Below are positions 42,925-53,130 of a stretch of DNA of 64,000 nt, piece after piece; the stretch's first letter is position 1, and every line of letters starts with the position of its first letter. The notes below the pieces were generated by a model that did not search any database, was not told where the DNA came from, and saw nothing but the letters and a program-made list of their open reading frames with translations. The position numbers and the translations under genes were made by a program. Source of the stretch: Alphaproteobacteria bacterium (GTDB lineage Bacteria > Pseudomonadota > Alphaproteobacteria > UBA7985); assembly GCA_049612785.1 (NCBI GenBank), contig JBMZBW010000001.1:7-64006 (forward strand), given 5' to 3'.

Positions 42925-44401
42925 ATGAAAAAGTTCCTGATTGCGGGCTCTAGCCTCGCAGCAGTGGCTGCTGCTGGCTCTGCCGGCGCAGTAGACGTAA
43001 CCCTCGGCGGCTCCATCGACATGGGCGTTGAGTACGGCGTTGGCAAAGCTGCTGGCGAGTTTGCCATTGGCGATGCTTACAACAAAGTATCCCTGAAGAT
43101 CTCCGCTGCAGGCACCACCGATGGTGGCCTGAAGTACGGTGGTTCCTTCGGTCTGGGCACCGACGCTGAGCTGTCCTTCGCGCCATACGAAAACGGTGGC
43201 AAGAAGTACCTCGTGAAGGCGACCCAAAGCGGCCCAACCGACATTATCGGCAACATCCGTGCTGTTTCCGGCGGCGCGACCGTTGGCGGTGCGTCCGGTG
43301 GTGACATCGTTGCTGTGAAGATCAACTCCGATTGGCAGTCTGTTGGTGCGACCGTAACGGGTTACAGCGTGACTCCATCTGCTCTGGCTGCAGCGACCAT
43401 TTGTAAAGTGGCTGGTCGTGCAACCCCTGCGCCTTCTCTGACTGTAACCCGCATGACGGCTAACGGCGCAGCAAACACAGGTTCCGCTGTAGCCATGACG
43501 GCTGCAGGATACCTTCCTGCTGGTCACGTCACCGGTGGTTCTGCAACCCTGAGCGCTGGCGGTGCTGTGGTAAACGCGACCGGCGTTGACATGGACGGAA
43601 CAGGCACGGGTGCTGCATTGACGGGCGACGTTTACGCTGGTCCATTCATGTCCGTAATGCTGCGCTCCTCATCCACCAAAATGGTTGTTGGTGCGGTTTG
43701 TGTAGAGGGCATCGATGCCTCTGGCACCAACTTCTTCCTGGATAACGCTTCCAAGGTCGTAACCGCGTCCGACGCTTCGATTTTCGTTGAAGGTGGCTTC
43801 GGTAAGATCACCCTGCAGACGGGCGACTACGCTGGTGGCGTTTCTGCAATCGGTGACGCGGGTGATGCTGCTGATCTCGATACAGATGGTCTGGCTGTTA
43901 TCATGAGCGGCGTTGGTCTGCTCGGCGCTAACCCATTTGTTGCAATTGATCTTGCTCCTGCATCTGCTCCGGCCAACCTGGAAATCCTGACCGGTGGCAC
44001 GATCGACATGGGCGGTCTGTCTGCAGCAATCGACGTCGCACTGAGCTCGAGCGACGTTGTCGACATCCTGTCTTGGGATCTGGGTCTGGATTATGCTCTG
44101 GGCGATATGGCTGTTGCCTTTGCTTACGACAGCAACAACGACTGGGGCATGAGCGCTTCCATGGACGTTGCTGGCTTCGGCGTTGATGCGACCGTCTACA
44201 GCAAGTCCACTGAAGACCATGCCAAGAATGGCCTGTTCTACTCTATCGCTGCTTCCACTTCCTTGAACGGCTTCGTTGGGTGTTGATCAGGACATGGAGC
44301 CTACTGTCAGCCTGTCCAAGTCTATGGGCGGTCTCAGCCTGTACGCTGGCTACGACGCTGCTGACGAAGGTGGCAAGGTCGGCGCTACGCTGTCCTTCTA
44401 A
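42925..44401 (+). CDS. porin-like outer membrane protein, paralog 2 of the 23931-25577 gene; apparent frameshift near 44270-44286
   Basis: Signal peptide MKKFLIAGSSLAAVAAAGSAGA with a GGAG ribosome-binding site. Collinear similarity to paralog 1 throughout. The reading frame stops at 44286 (LNGFVGC*). The conserved C-terminal strand ...LYAGYDAADEGGKVGATLSF continues in the +1 frame to 44401. Confidence 0.6.
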
Positions 44402-44508
44402 GCTGCTCTCCATCGGCTGACTGCGCTTTGCTTCAGTGAAGCGCAGTCCACTGGGGCGTTTGAGTTTCGCGCAAGGAACCTGACTCCAGAAGAAGATAAA
44501 AATCCCCC

Positions 44509-44554
44509 AACTCCGCCCTTGGACCCTTCGTCCGGGGGCGGATTTTTCTTTTGG
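44509..44554 (+). terminator. Rho-independent terminator downstream of porin paralog 2
   Basis: tccgccc...gggcgga stem followed by tttttctttt. Confidence 0.5.
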
Positions 44555-44581
44555 TGATTGTCGGATGGCGGCGAAAGGCGG

Positions 44582-45103
44582 TCAGAGGCCCTGCGGGTTA
44601 CCGCGGGAGATGACCACGTCAAAGCTGTCCACGTTAATCCCGCTGAACCGATAGCGCGCGTTGCCCAGGTTCAGCACCCGGTAACACAACTGAGTCCCCG
44701 TTGCCCACGTCGGCCAGGATTTGCACACGGTCCCACCGGATAGGGAGTAAGCACCGGTTTCGGTCAGATTTACCAGCAGACCGCGCAATTGCCCGCCTTG
44801 GCCAAAATAGGCCCAGTACTGGTCATCGACCTGTTTGATCGAATTGCCGACCAGCAGTTGCTGCAAGTCCATCTCGCTGAGAATAGCGCCCTGTGCCAAA
44901 GGTCGCGTGCCGCTGACCAGCATGTTGGTCGGTACACCGCCCACGCGAGGTGTCGCCAGCATGTTGCCGGACATTGCCGTTGCGGTTGTCTGTTGCGCAG
45001 CCGTCGGAGCCGACTGGGACGCATCGTTGTTCGCTGACTCTTCGGAGGCCTCGCAGCCGAGGATGGCAAGGGCGCAGAGGCCCGCAAACAGTGCTTTTTT
45101 CAT
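44582..45103 (-). CDS. hypothetical lipoprotein (possibly DUF995-like)
   Basis: Lipobox ILGC, a low-complexity linker, then a conserved-looking domain with a Cys pair (CKSW...CYRV). Confidence 0.45.
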   Translation of the reverse strand: MKKALFAGLCALAILGCEASEESANNDASQSAPTAAQQTTATAMSGNMLATPRVGGVPTNMLVSGTRPLAQGAILSEMDLQQLLVGNSIKQVDDQYWAYFGQGGQLRGLLVNLTETGAYSLSGGTVCKSWPTWATGTQLCYRVLNLGNARYRFSGINVDSFDVVISRGNPQGL

Positions 45104-45135
45104 GCGACCTCGCTTACCCCTCAGATGTGGCCGTT

Positions 45136-46974
45136 CTATGCCGCTTCCGCTGCTGCACGCGCCTTGGCATCGCGCTTACGCTCGTGAATGTCGAGGAACC
45201 GCTTACGGATCCGCACGGCGTCGGGTGTCACTTCCACCAACTCATCGTCCTGGATATAGGCCAGCGCCTTTTCCAGCGTCATATCAATCGGTGGGGTCAG
45301 CGACACGGCATCGTCTGTGCCAGAAGCCCGGACGTTCGTCAGCTTTTTACCTTTGAGCGGGTTGACGTCGAGGTCGTTGCCCTTCGCGTGCTCACCGATG
45401 ATCAAACCCTGATAGACGGGCTGCTGCGGATGAATGAACAGCGGACCACGGTCTTCCAAATTCCACAGTGCAAACGCAACCGAAGTGCCGTTTTCCATGG
45501 AAATCAGCACACCGTTGCGGCGACCGGGAATGGCCCCTTTGTGAGGGCCGTAATGACTGAAGCGGCGGTTCAGAATGCCGGTGCCATGCGTGTCGGTGAG
45601 GAATTCGCCCAAGTAGCCGATCAATGCGCGGGATGGCGCAATGAAGGACAGGCGCTGCTTACCGCCACCCGATGGGCGCATGTCCTTGAGTTCGCCCTTA
45701 CGCATGCCGATTTTCTCAACGACAGCGCCGGAGTAGTCTGCATCCACATCCACCGTCACTTCTTCAAACGGCTCCAAACGGTTGCCGTTCTCGTCACGCT
45801 GGTAAACCACGCGGGGGCGCGAGACGGACAGTTCAAATCCTTCGCGGCGCATGTTCTCGATCAAAACAGCAAGCTGAAGCTCGCCCCGGCCCGCGACTTC
45901 AAAAGCGTCCTTACCGGCGGTTTCCGTAACCTGCAGCGCGACGTTGCCCTCGGCTTCTTTTTGCAGGCGATCCCAGATCAGACGGCTGGTAACTTTATCG
46001 CCAGACAAGCCGGCGAGTGGGCTGTCGTTGACGCTGAAGGTCATGGACAGGGTTGGCGGGTCGATGGGCTGGGCTTTGAGCGGTACATCCACTTCGGGCG
46101 CGCAAAGCGTGTCGGCCACGGTTGCCTTGGTCAGTCCGGCAATTGCGATGATATCGCCTGCTTGAGCGGACTCAATCGGCTGGCGCTCGAGGCCCCGGAA
46201 GGCAAGGATCTTGGTCGCACGACCGTTTTCCAGGTGCTTACCATCCATACCCAGGGCCTTGATCGCCATGTTCGGCGTCAAGGTGCCTGACTGGATACGC
46301 CCGGTCAGGATGCGGCCCAGAAAGTTGTTGGCTTCGATGGTCGTTGCCAGCATGCGGAACGGCTCGTCTGGTTTGCCCACGTTTGGCGCAGGTACGTGCT
46401 CGATGATCTTGTTGAACAGCGGCGCCATGTCCTTGCGCTCATCGTCCAGTTCGTCCGTGGCCCAGCCTTCTTTCGACGAAGCGTACAGAACGGGGAACTC
46501 GAGCTGATCTTCAGTGGCATCCAGTGCAGCGAAAAGATCAAAGGTCTCGTCCAGCACCCAATCCGGGCGACCATCTGGCTTATCAACTTTGTTGATCAGC
46601 ACGATCGGACGCATGCCCAGTGCCAGTGCCTTGGTCAGTACAAACTTGGTCTGCGGCATCGGGCCTTCGGCTGCATCGACCAGCAGGACGACGCCATCTA
46701 CCATGGACAGAATGCGCTCAACCTCACCGCCAAAGTCGGCGTGACCGGGGGTGTCAACGATGTTGATGCGGGTGTTTTCCCACTCAACCGATGTCACTTT
46801 GGCCAGAATGGTGATGCCACGCTCGCGCTCGATGTCGTTTGAATCCATCGCTCGCTCGGCCACGCGCTCATTCTCGCGGAATTGACCGGACTGTTTGAGG
46901 AGGCAGTCGACCAGGGTCGTCTTGCCATGGTCAACGTGCGCGATGATCGCGATGTTGCGCAGAATTTTGCTCAT
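45136..46974 (-). CDS. typA: translational GTPase TypA/BipA
   Basis: [15 protein letters not shown]1 motif and EF-G-like domain order. 612 aa. Confidence 0.95.
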   Translation of the reverse strand: MSKILRNIAIIAHVDHGKTTLVDCLLKQSGQFRENERVAERAMDSNDIERERGITILAKVTSVEWENTRINIVDTPGHADFGGEVERILSMVDGVVLLVDAAEGPMPQTKFVLTKALALGMRPIVLINKVDKPDGRPDWVLDETFDLFAALDATEDQLEFPVLYASSKEGWATDELDDERKDMAPLFNKIIEHVPAPNVGKPDEPFRMLATTIEANNFLGRILTGRIQSGTLTPNMAIKALGMDGKHLENGRATKILAFRGLERQPIESAQAGDIIAIAGLTKATVADTLCAPEVDVPLKAQPIDPPTLSMTFSVNDSPLAGLSGDKVTSRLIWDRLQKEAEGNVALQVTETAGKDAFEVAGRGELQLAVLIENMRREGFELSVSRPRVVYQRDENGNRLEPFEEVTVDVDADYSGAVVEKIGMRKGELKDMRPSGGGKQRLSFIAPSRALIGYLGEFLTDTHGTGILNRRFSHYGPHKGAIPGRRNGVLISMENGTSVAFALWNLEDRGPLFIHPQQPVYQGLIIGEHAKGNDLDVNPLKGKKLTNVRASGTDDAVSLTPPIDMTLEKALAYIQDDELVEVTPDAVRIRKRFLDIHERKRDAKARAAAEAA

Positions 46975-47106
46975 CGTGGAGTGCCTTTACGAATGCGCCC
47001 CAGTGGTGGAGGGGAGAGGGCGCTGGTTTGGCAGGGTTTTGAGCGCTGAGGCTCGCGCGGTCAACGCCCTGAAACGCAAGGCTTATCGGCGTAGGATGAA
47101 CGCGTA

Positions 47107-48246
47107 CTAAAGGCTTTTGACGAAGATAACTTTCGGATCAGCGTGGTCCTGCAGGATTTCGAGGCTCTGTCCCTGCTGCAGGTGCGTGATTTTGCCGGGG
47201 CTGAAACTGCCGTGTTGGTAGCGCGTGCCGTCGATCTCCAGAATGAGCGCACGGCGCTGAACCCCGTTGACCCGAACGTTGGATCCGGTGGACCCGAGAT
47301 AAAGGGCTGACTTCTGAACACCATTGGCAGTCAGCCTCGCGCGTCGGGCAAATTTGCGCAGGACGCGAACGATCATGAACCCCAGAACACCCATCTCCAC
47401 CAAGCCCACAAGTGCGAAGACTCCCCCGAATGCAAAGGGCGCATCAGAGCTCAAGGAGACACCCAGGCCGACGGACAGGAAGACGCCGCCGTGAACCAAC
47501 AGGAATGGGATGATGAAAAAATCGAAGAAGGATAACCGAACGAATTTGGTGTGCAGGGCTTGGCCCGGTGGGATGTCGAGTTGGCCGGCTTCTTTGACTT
47601 TTGATCGGGCGAGGGCATCTTCAACGACTTCATCTGAAACCGTACGGCTGATGAAATCTGTGATCCACTTTTCTGCGGCATCTTTTTTGACCTGCATGTC
47701 GCGTCGGGCCTGTGCATCACGCCACGCAAGCCCGCCTTCGTGACCGTGATGGGGCGCGAGGGTATGCTGTTCGGGCGGATCGATCTCTCCGGCCCAAACC
47801 GCCATTTTGGGGGCGTTGGGTAGGACATAGATCGGCAACTGATCGCCTTCAGTCCGACCCCGTAGAGCGATTTCTGGCAGATTTTTGAGGTCTAGCTCGT
47901 GGCCTTCGACGGTTTTGATCCCGGCAGTGGCTTTGCCCGATGAGCCCCAGCGGATACGGCGCAAAGTGGCGTAGGTCAGATAGCCGTCTTCATCAAAGCG
48001 GTCGTAAGTCCGATAAGCCTGCCATTTTCGAACAAGCCCCAGAAGGCCGGGCACGACAAAAACGGCTGTTGCGATGGCAATGACGATGAAATTGTCAGAG
48101 AACCACTGCGGGTTAAGGTGCCAGACCAGATCGCCGCTGGCGCCCCTTTCGCGGTAGAACGCACCGGTTTGCAGGCCCAGAATTAGTACTGCACCCATCG
48201 GAATGATCATGGAAAACAGCGAAAACCAAGGAAACCGCCGCTGCAT
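47107..48246 (-). CDS. hypothetical membrane protein with two (two-transmembrane plus soluble domain) modules, possibly bacterial PH-domain-like
   Basis: Two hydrophobic hairpins, each followed by a soluble domain. Start set to the ATG at 48246, which has a GGAG ribosome-binding site and lies downstream of a terminator hairpin. Confidence 0.45.
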   Translation of the reverse strand: MQRRFPWFSLFSMIIPMGAVLILGLQTGAFYRERGASGDLVWHLNPQWFSDNFIVIAIATAVFVVPGLLGLVRKWQAYRTYDRFDEDGYLTYATLRRIRWGSSGKATAGIKTVEGHELDLKNLPEIALRGRTEGDQLPIYVLPNAPKMAVWAGEIDPPEQHTLAPHHGHEGGLAWRDAQARRDMQVKKDAAEKWITDFISRTVSDEVVEDALARSKVKEAGQLDIPPGQALHTKFVRLSFFDFFIIPFLLVHGGVFLSVGLGVSLSSDAPFAFGGVFALVGLVEMGVLGFMIVRVLRKFARRARLTANGVQKSALYLGSTGSNVRVNGVQRRALILEIDGTRYQHGSFSPGKITHLQQGQSLEILQDHADPKVIFVKSL

Positions 48247-48302
48247 CACCGGGACTCCATATCTTTGTTCGAACGACAGATTAGTATCAAATCCAGTGAC
48301 TA

Positions 48303-48330
48303 AAAAGGCCGCGCAAGGCGGCCTTTTGTT
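48303..48330 (-). terminator. Rho-independent terminator after the DUF2147 gene
   Basis: ggccgcgcaaggcggcc hairpin with a T-run on the minus strand. Confidence 0.6.
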
Positions 48331-48350
48331 CTGCAGAAAATCCAAGAGGA

Positions 48351-48800
48351 TTAGGAGCAGGTCGTCTGGTCTGCTGTCGTGCGCGTAAAGATGCCGATAC
48401 GGCAGGCCGACTCATCGACAACTTCCATGCGGTTGTTGCAGTTACCCGCGCCCATGAAGGCGGTGTTTTCGTCGGTCAGGTGCGCGTGGCCGAAGGGGTA
48501 GGACTTTTCTGGCTCATCCGGAGCATAGGCCTTGCCGCCGCCGTAGGTCGCGATTGCACCCGGCTTCGCTGCTTTCTTGCGCAGATCCGTGAACATGTAG
48601 TTTCCGACGGATTCTTTGTTTTCGTTTTCAAGGATGGCAACGATCTTACCGTTGTAGACTTTGCCCTCTTGGACAAATTCAACGATGGCGCAGCCGCCTT
48701 CGCGACCCTCAGCCGACAACCACATACCGCCGATGTCTTCGGCAGAAGCTGGACCAGCGGCCAACAACAATGCTGCCGCCGCGATAATAAGTTTACGCAT
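48351..48800 (-). CDS. DUF2147-like secreted protein
   Basis: Signal peptide. The pattern GMWLS...VEFVQEGKVYNGKIVAIL resembles the DUF2147 signature. Start at the ATG at 48800, which has a GGAGG ribosome-binding site. Confidence 0.5.
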   Translation of the reverse strand: MRKLIIAAAALLLAAGPASAEDIGGMWLSAEGREGGCAIVEFVQEGKVYNGKIVAILENENKESVGNYMFTDLRKKAAKPGAIATYGGGKAYAPDEPEKSYPFGHAHLTDENTAFMGAGNCNNRMEVVDESACRIGIFTRTTADQTTCS

Positions 48801-48947
48801 ATTTTTTCCTCCCAAGGAAATGCATCAAAGGGCTTAGCTCCCGCCCTTTTAGTGCTTAGGTGGGGACCCCCGTCCCATGAGGTTGATAGACCGGATTTCC
48901 ATGGTGAATTCAAGATCTTCCCATGGTGACTCGATGAATTGTGACCT

Positions 48948-49370
48948 CTAAAAGGATTGTAGCCGCAGCCTTGCACGTTCTCGTAGCGGGTCGAAGTGTT
49001 TCAGAACCTCTGCGAGGGTGTCATGCCGCGCAACGCGTTTAGGTCCATTGTAGACGACAAACTCCCGACCTTTGCCGCTGGCCGCGATTTGTTTGGCGAC
49101 GACAAAATCCGGGTTTTCGTAGGCAGAACGATAGACTGAAAACAAAGCCTGACCTGGCAGAGCATCGATGGCGTAATCTTTCCAATGCCCTGCTGCGACT
49201 TGTTCCGAATAGAGTGACAACAGGCGACCCAGTTCCATCCGATCAAACGAAACATATTTTCGCGCCTTACTGCCCCTAGCCTTGAGGCCGTCCTTAACCG
49301 CATCAAGGTGTCCCGACTTTAGCGTTTTCTTGCTGTCGCGGTAGTCGTCGAGGGAAACAATGTCACTCAT
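48948..49370 (-). CDS. DUF2794-like protein
   Basis: VSFDRMELGRLLSLYSEQVAAGHWKDYAID matches my memory of the DUF2794 core. Confidence 0.45.
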   Translation of the reverse strand: MSDIVSLDDYRDSKKTLKSGHLDAVKDGLKARGSKARKYVSFDRMELGRLLSLYSEQVAAGHWKDYAIDALPGQALFSVYRSAYENPDFVVAKQIAASGKGREFVVYNGPKRVARHDTLAEVLKHFDPLRERARLRLQSF

Positions 49371-49601
49371 GCTGTGGCCTGACCCTTTCCTGTCACTGTT
49401 ACCGGTTGATCAGCCTGCTCACCTTTGCATCGAGGGTGCGCATGGGTGTGCTTGCTGCTTGGTAACGAAATACGCTAAGACGAATCTCGAAATGCGCCTA
49501 GACATAAATTTGGATCACTTTCGACGCTTTCACTCTTGCGGCTGGATTTGATCGAGGACATATGGCGCACCAACACAGCGGTTTGGCTAAGGAAAAATTC
49601 T

Positions 49602-50246
49602 GTGACTGATATTATTCGCGACATTGACGAGGAAATGCGCCGCGACGCGTTTTTGGCTCGTGTACGTCGTTACTCCTGGGTTTTCTTCCTGGTGGTTGTT
49701 GTGGTTCTGGTTGTGGTGACGGTTGGCTATTTCTGGCAGGACCGCCAAGCGCGAATGAAAGCCGCTGCAGCGGGTGAACTTTCCAGCGCTCTGGCGCTGG
49801 TAGAAACCGACGCTCAAGGCGCGAAAGACCAGCTTGATGCCCTGGCGGCAGACGTGGATAACGGCAACAGTATTCTGGCAAGCTTTGAGCGCGCTGAACT
49901 CAGCCTGCGCGAAGGGAACGAAGCAGAAGCGTCCAAGGCGCTGGAAGATCTTGCTGGCCTGCGCGATGGCGACGCCTATGCCAAGGCAGCAACGGTATTC
50001 AGTGTTTATACCGAGATTAACTCTGGCGACGCTGCAAAGCTGATCGGTAAGCTGGATCCGCTGATTGCGGAAGAGGGTGCTTTCACCGAACTGGCTCTTG
50101 ATCTCAAGGCGCAAGTTCTCGCCCGTGACGGCAAAAGCGACGAAGCGCTTCAGGTTCTTGAAACTCTGCTGGGGCGTGAGGGTTTGGATCGCGACTTGCA
50201 GGCTCGTGCTGAAACACTGCGCGACAGCCTTGGCTCTGGGTCTTAA
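49602..50246 (+). CDS. YfgM-like tetratricopeptide repeat membrane protein
   Basis: N-terminal ...EEMRRDAFLARVRRYSW followed by a transmembrane helix and TPR-like repeats. It sits immediately upstream of bamB and der, the conserved yfgM-bamB-der order. GTG at 49602 with an AAGGAAAAA ribosome-binding site. Confidence 0.65.
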   Translation: MTDIIRDIDEEMRRDAFLARVRRYSWVFFLVVVVVLVVVTVGYFWQDRQARMKAAAAGELSSALALVETDAQGAKDQLDALAADVDNGNSILASFERAELSLREGNEAEASKALEDLAGLRDGDAYAKAATVFSVYTEINSGDAAKLIGKLDPLIAEEGAFTELALDLKAQVLARDGKSDEALQVLETLLGREGLDRDLQARAETLRDSLGSGS

Positions 50247-50350
50247 GCTCTCTAAGGTGTCAATCCGCATCGCATAATCCACATAATGGCCGACATTCGC
50301 GGTATGATGCAAAGAGCGTTGGGTCAGAGCAAGCAAAGGGCAGCCGAGAG

Positions 50351-51664
50351 ATGAAGCGTTTCATCAGTATCGCACTACTGGCTCTGACCGTGTCATTGGG
50401 TGGTTGTGAAATCATTGAGCGGCTCAATGAGGAAGACACGTCTTTGCCCGGCAGCCGCATCGATCTGTTCAATGATCAGGCCCTTGGCATTCCGCGCTCC
50501 GCTAATCCGGTATCCGTTCCGAACCCGCAGAATTTGATGGAGTGGAGCCAGCCAGGGGCGACTGCAACCCATGCGGTCTATCACCTCTCGCTGGCTGATC
50601 GTCCCCAGCGTCGTTGGAGCCGATCCATCGGCAGAGGTAACGGAAAAGCCTATCGCATTACGTCCGCGCCCATTGTGGTTAATGGCGTGATCTATGCGAT
50701 GGACAGTCAGCTTCAGATCACGGCCATGCGCCTGACAGACGGCGCGATTGGATGGCGCAAGAATCTGATGCCGGCGTCTGAGAGCGATGGTGTCTTTGGT
50801 GGCGGTCTGGCCTATGGCAATGGCGTGTTGCTCGCCGGGACCGGTGCGGGTCGGCTCTATGGTCTCAGCCCTCGTACCGGGGAAGTCATCTGGCAGCAGC
50901 GCCTGCGGGCACCGATCCATGGTGGACCGGCGGTTGATGGTGATCGGGTCTACGCGACCACAATCGATAACCATGCCGCCGCCTTTAATGTCGCCAGCGG
51001 TCAGAAGCTTTGGGACCATGAAGGCCGTGAAGGGGTTACCACAATCCTGGGGTCTACAGCCCCGGCTGCTGCGGCCGGCGTGACCTATGTGACCTACGCA
51101 AGTGGTGAAGTTTTTGCCCTGGCCTCTGAGACCGGTCGTGTGCTTTGGACTGACACGGTCGCCGGACTGACCGCAACGGCGCGGACTGGAATGTTCATTG
51201 ATGATGTCGGCGGTCCACCGCTGATCGATCGCGATCGTCTGGTCGTGGTTGGTGGTTCTGATCGAACGGTATCCTTTGACATCGACCGAGGGATTCAGGC
51301 TTGGGAGTTGCCTTTTGGCGGGACCCAGATGGCTTGGCCTTCAGCACAGCACTACTTCATCGCCACGGATGCCGGACGTCTCGTAGCGGTGGATCGGGAT
51401 ACCGGTGGCATCGCTTGGGCCCGTTCTTTGCCCAAGTACGCCGATGCTTCACGGTTGGATCGCGTGGAATGGTACGGACCCGTTTTGGCTGCAAACAGGC
51501 TGGTTCTGGCGTCCAGTACGGGTTTGCTGGTCACCATCGCGCCGTCCACGGGAAAGTTGCTGGGACGGGTGCAGAGCCGCGACGGATACGTTGCTCCGCC
51601 GGTAATTGTCGATAACACCATGCTGCTGGTTACCGAAAACGGTGACCTGATCGCCTACAAGTAA
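50351..51664 (+). CDS. bamB: outer membrane protein assembly factor BamB (PQQ-like beta-propeller lipoprotein)
   Basis: Lipobox LGGC and repeated PQQ-like blades (GxxYaxd...G.v.W). Immediately upstream of der. Confidence 0.8.
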   Translation: MKRFISIALLALTVSLGGCEIIERLNEEDTSLPGSRIDLFNDQALGIPRSANPVSVPNPQNLMEWSQPGATATHAVYHLSLADRPQRRWSRSIGRGNGKAYRITSAPIVVNGVIYAMDSQLQITAMRLTDGAIGWRKNLMPASESDGVFGGGLAYGNGVLLAGTGAGRLYGLSPRTGEVIWQQRLRAPIHGGPAVDGDRVYATTIDNHAAAFNVASGQKLWDHEGREGVTTILGSTAPAAAAGVTYVTYASGEVFALASETGRVLWTDTVAGLTATARTGMFIDDVGGPPLIDRDRLVVVGGSDRTVSFDIDRGIQAWELPFGGTQMAWPSAQHYFIATDAGRLVAVDRDTGGIAWARSLPKYADASRLDRVEWYGPVLAANRLVLASSTGLLVTIAPSTGKLLGRVQSRDGYVAPPVIVDNTMLLVTENGDLIAYK

Positions 51665-51714
51665 AGGGCTGAGGCAGTAGTATTTTTCTGCGCGTCGCGT
51701 ACAAGGCGTGAATC

Positions 51715-53118
51715 ATGTTTACTGTAGCTCTCATCGGCCGACCCAATGTCGGCAAGTCGACACTTTTCAACAAGCTGATCGGACGCAAGCGCGCCATCGT
51801 CCACGATGAGCCGGGCGTAACCCGTGACTGGCGTGAGGGCGAGGCCAAGATTGGCGGTGTGTCCTTTCGCGTTTTGGACACGGCCGGGCTGGAAGAAGCT
51901 TTCGACGACAGCCTTGCGGCACGGATGCGCCAGCAGACTGAACAAGCGCTGGGGCAGGCGGATCTCGCGCTGTTCATGATCGACGCGCGCGTGGGCATCA
52001 CCCCGACCGATGAACACTTTTCCAAATGGCTGAGGACGGCGGGGATTGAAACATGGGTCATCGCGAACAAGTGCGAGGGCCGCGCCGGTAACGCGGGCGT
52101 GCTGGATGCCTACAGCCTCGGCCACGGTGACGTACATCCCCTGTCAGCGGAACACGGTGATGGGTTGGGGAGCCTGTTTACCGATCTGGTACAGCGTGTT
52201 TCCGAAGCACCGGTCGAAGAAGAGGCTGATGACGGTCTGAACCTCAATGCCGCGCAGGAGGCTGAAGAAGCTGAAGATGGCCGGTCCTACGAAATCAAAC
52301 CCAACCGCCCGCTGCATCTGGTGGTCGCAGGCCGTCCCAATGTCGGCAAGTCGACGCTGATCAACCGCCTGCTCGGGCAAGACCGTCTGCTCACGGGGCC
52401 TGAGGCCGGGATCACGCGCGATGCGATTGTGGTGGACCTGGCGTGGAAGGACCGCGCCATCCGCCTGTGGGATACCGCCGGACTGCGACGCAAAGCAAAC
52501 GTCAAAGACAAGCTTGAAACCATGTCCAATCAGGACACCTTGCGCGCCATTCGGTTCGCCGAAGTCGTGCTGCTGCTGCTGGATTCTGACGGCGTGCTGG
52601 ACAAGCAGGATCTGACCATCGCGCGGCAGGTGCTTGAAGAGGGTCGCGGCCTGATTATCGGCGTGAACAAGTTCGATAAGGTCGACGATCCCGCTGCGGT
52701 CATGGGCCGCTTGAACGACCGCTTGCAGACTTCTTTGGCGCAGGCAAAGGGCGTGACGACCATGCCCCTGTCCGGGCTGGAAGGCTATAACCTTGACCGC
52801 GTGTTGCAAACGGCTTTTGAGGCGCGCAAAACCTGGTCTACCCGTCTGTCCACTGCATTGCTGAACAAGTGGTTGAGCTACCACACCGAGCGCCATCCGC
52901 CGCCGTTGGTGGCCGGTCGCCGGATCAAGTTGCGCTACGCCACACAGGTCAAATCGCGGCCACCGACGTTTGCGGTTTTCGGCTCGCGTGTTTCGGAGCT
53001 TCCGGGCTCCTACCAGGGCTATCTGATCAACGCCCTGCGCGAGGACTTCGACCTGTGGGGTACACCGATCCGGCTGTTGCTCCGCGCGGGTCAGAATCCG
53101 TATTCGAAAAAGAAGTAA
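51715..53118 (+). CDS. der: ribosome biogenesis GTPase Der (EngA)
   Basis: Two tandem GTPase domains (GRPNVGKST twice) and a KH-like C-terminus. Confidence 0.95.
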   Translation: MFTVALIGRPNVGKSTLFNKLIGRKRAIVHDEPGVTRDWREGEAKIGGVSFRVLDTAGLEEAFDDSLAARMRQQTEQALGQADLALFMIDARVGITPTDEHFSKWLRTAGIETWVIANKCEGRAGNAGVLDAYSLGHGDVHPLSAEHGDGLGSLFTDLVQRVSEAPVEEEADDGLNLNAAQEAEEAEDGRSYEIKPNRPLHLVVAGRPNVGKSTLINRLLGQDRLLTGPEAGITRDAIVVDLAWKDRAIRLWDTAGLRRKANVKDKLETMSNQDTLRAIRFAEVVLLLLDSDGVLDKQDLTIARQVLEEGRGLIIGVNKFDKVDDPAAVMGRLNDRLQTSLAQAKGVTTMPLSGLEGYNLDRVLQTAFEARKTWSTRLSTALLNKWLSYHTERHPPPLVAGRRIKLRYATQVKSRPPTFAVFGSRVSELPGSYQGYLINALREDFDLWGTPIRLLLRAGQNPYSKKK

Positions 53119-53130
53119 ACGGGGCCTCAA

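Noticed and set aside
42772-43527. 251-aa minus-strand ORF and other ORFs opposite porin paralog 2
   Set aside because: Antisense to a gene with a strong ribosome-binding site, signal peptide and paralog support.
44950-46290. 446-aa plus-strand ORF opposite typA
   Set aside because: Antisense to a universally conserved GTPase gene.
48247-48345. Upstream TTG start (48345) for the membrane protein gene
   Set aside because: That start lies inside the terminator hairpin of the preceding gene. The ATG at 48246 has a GGAG ribosome-binding site.
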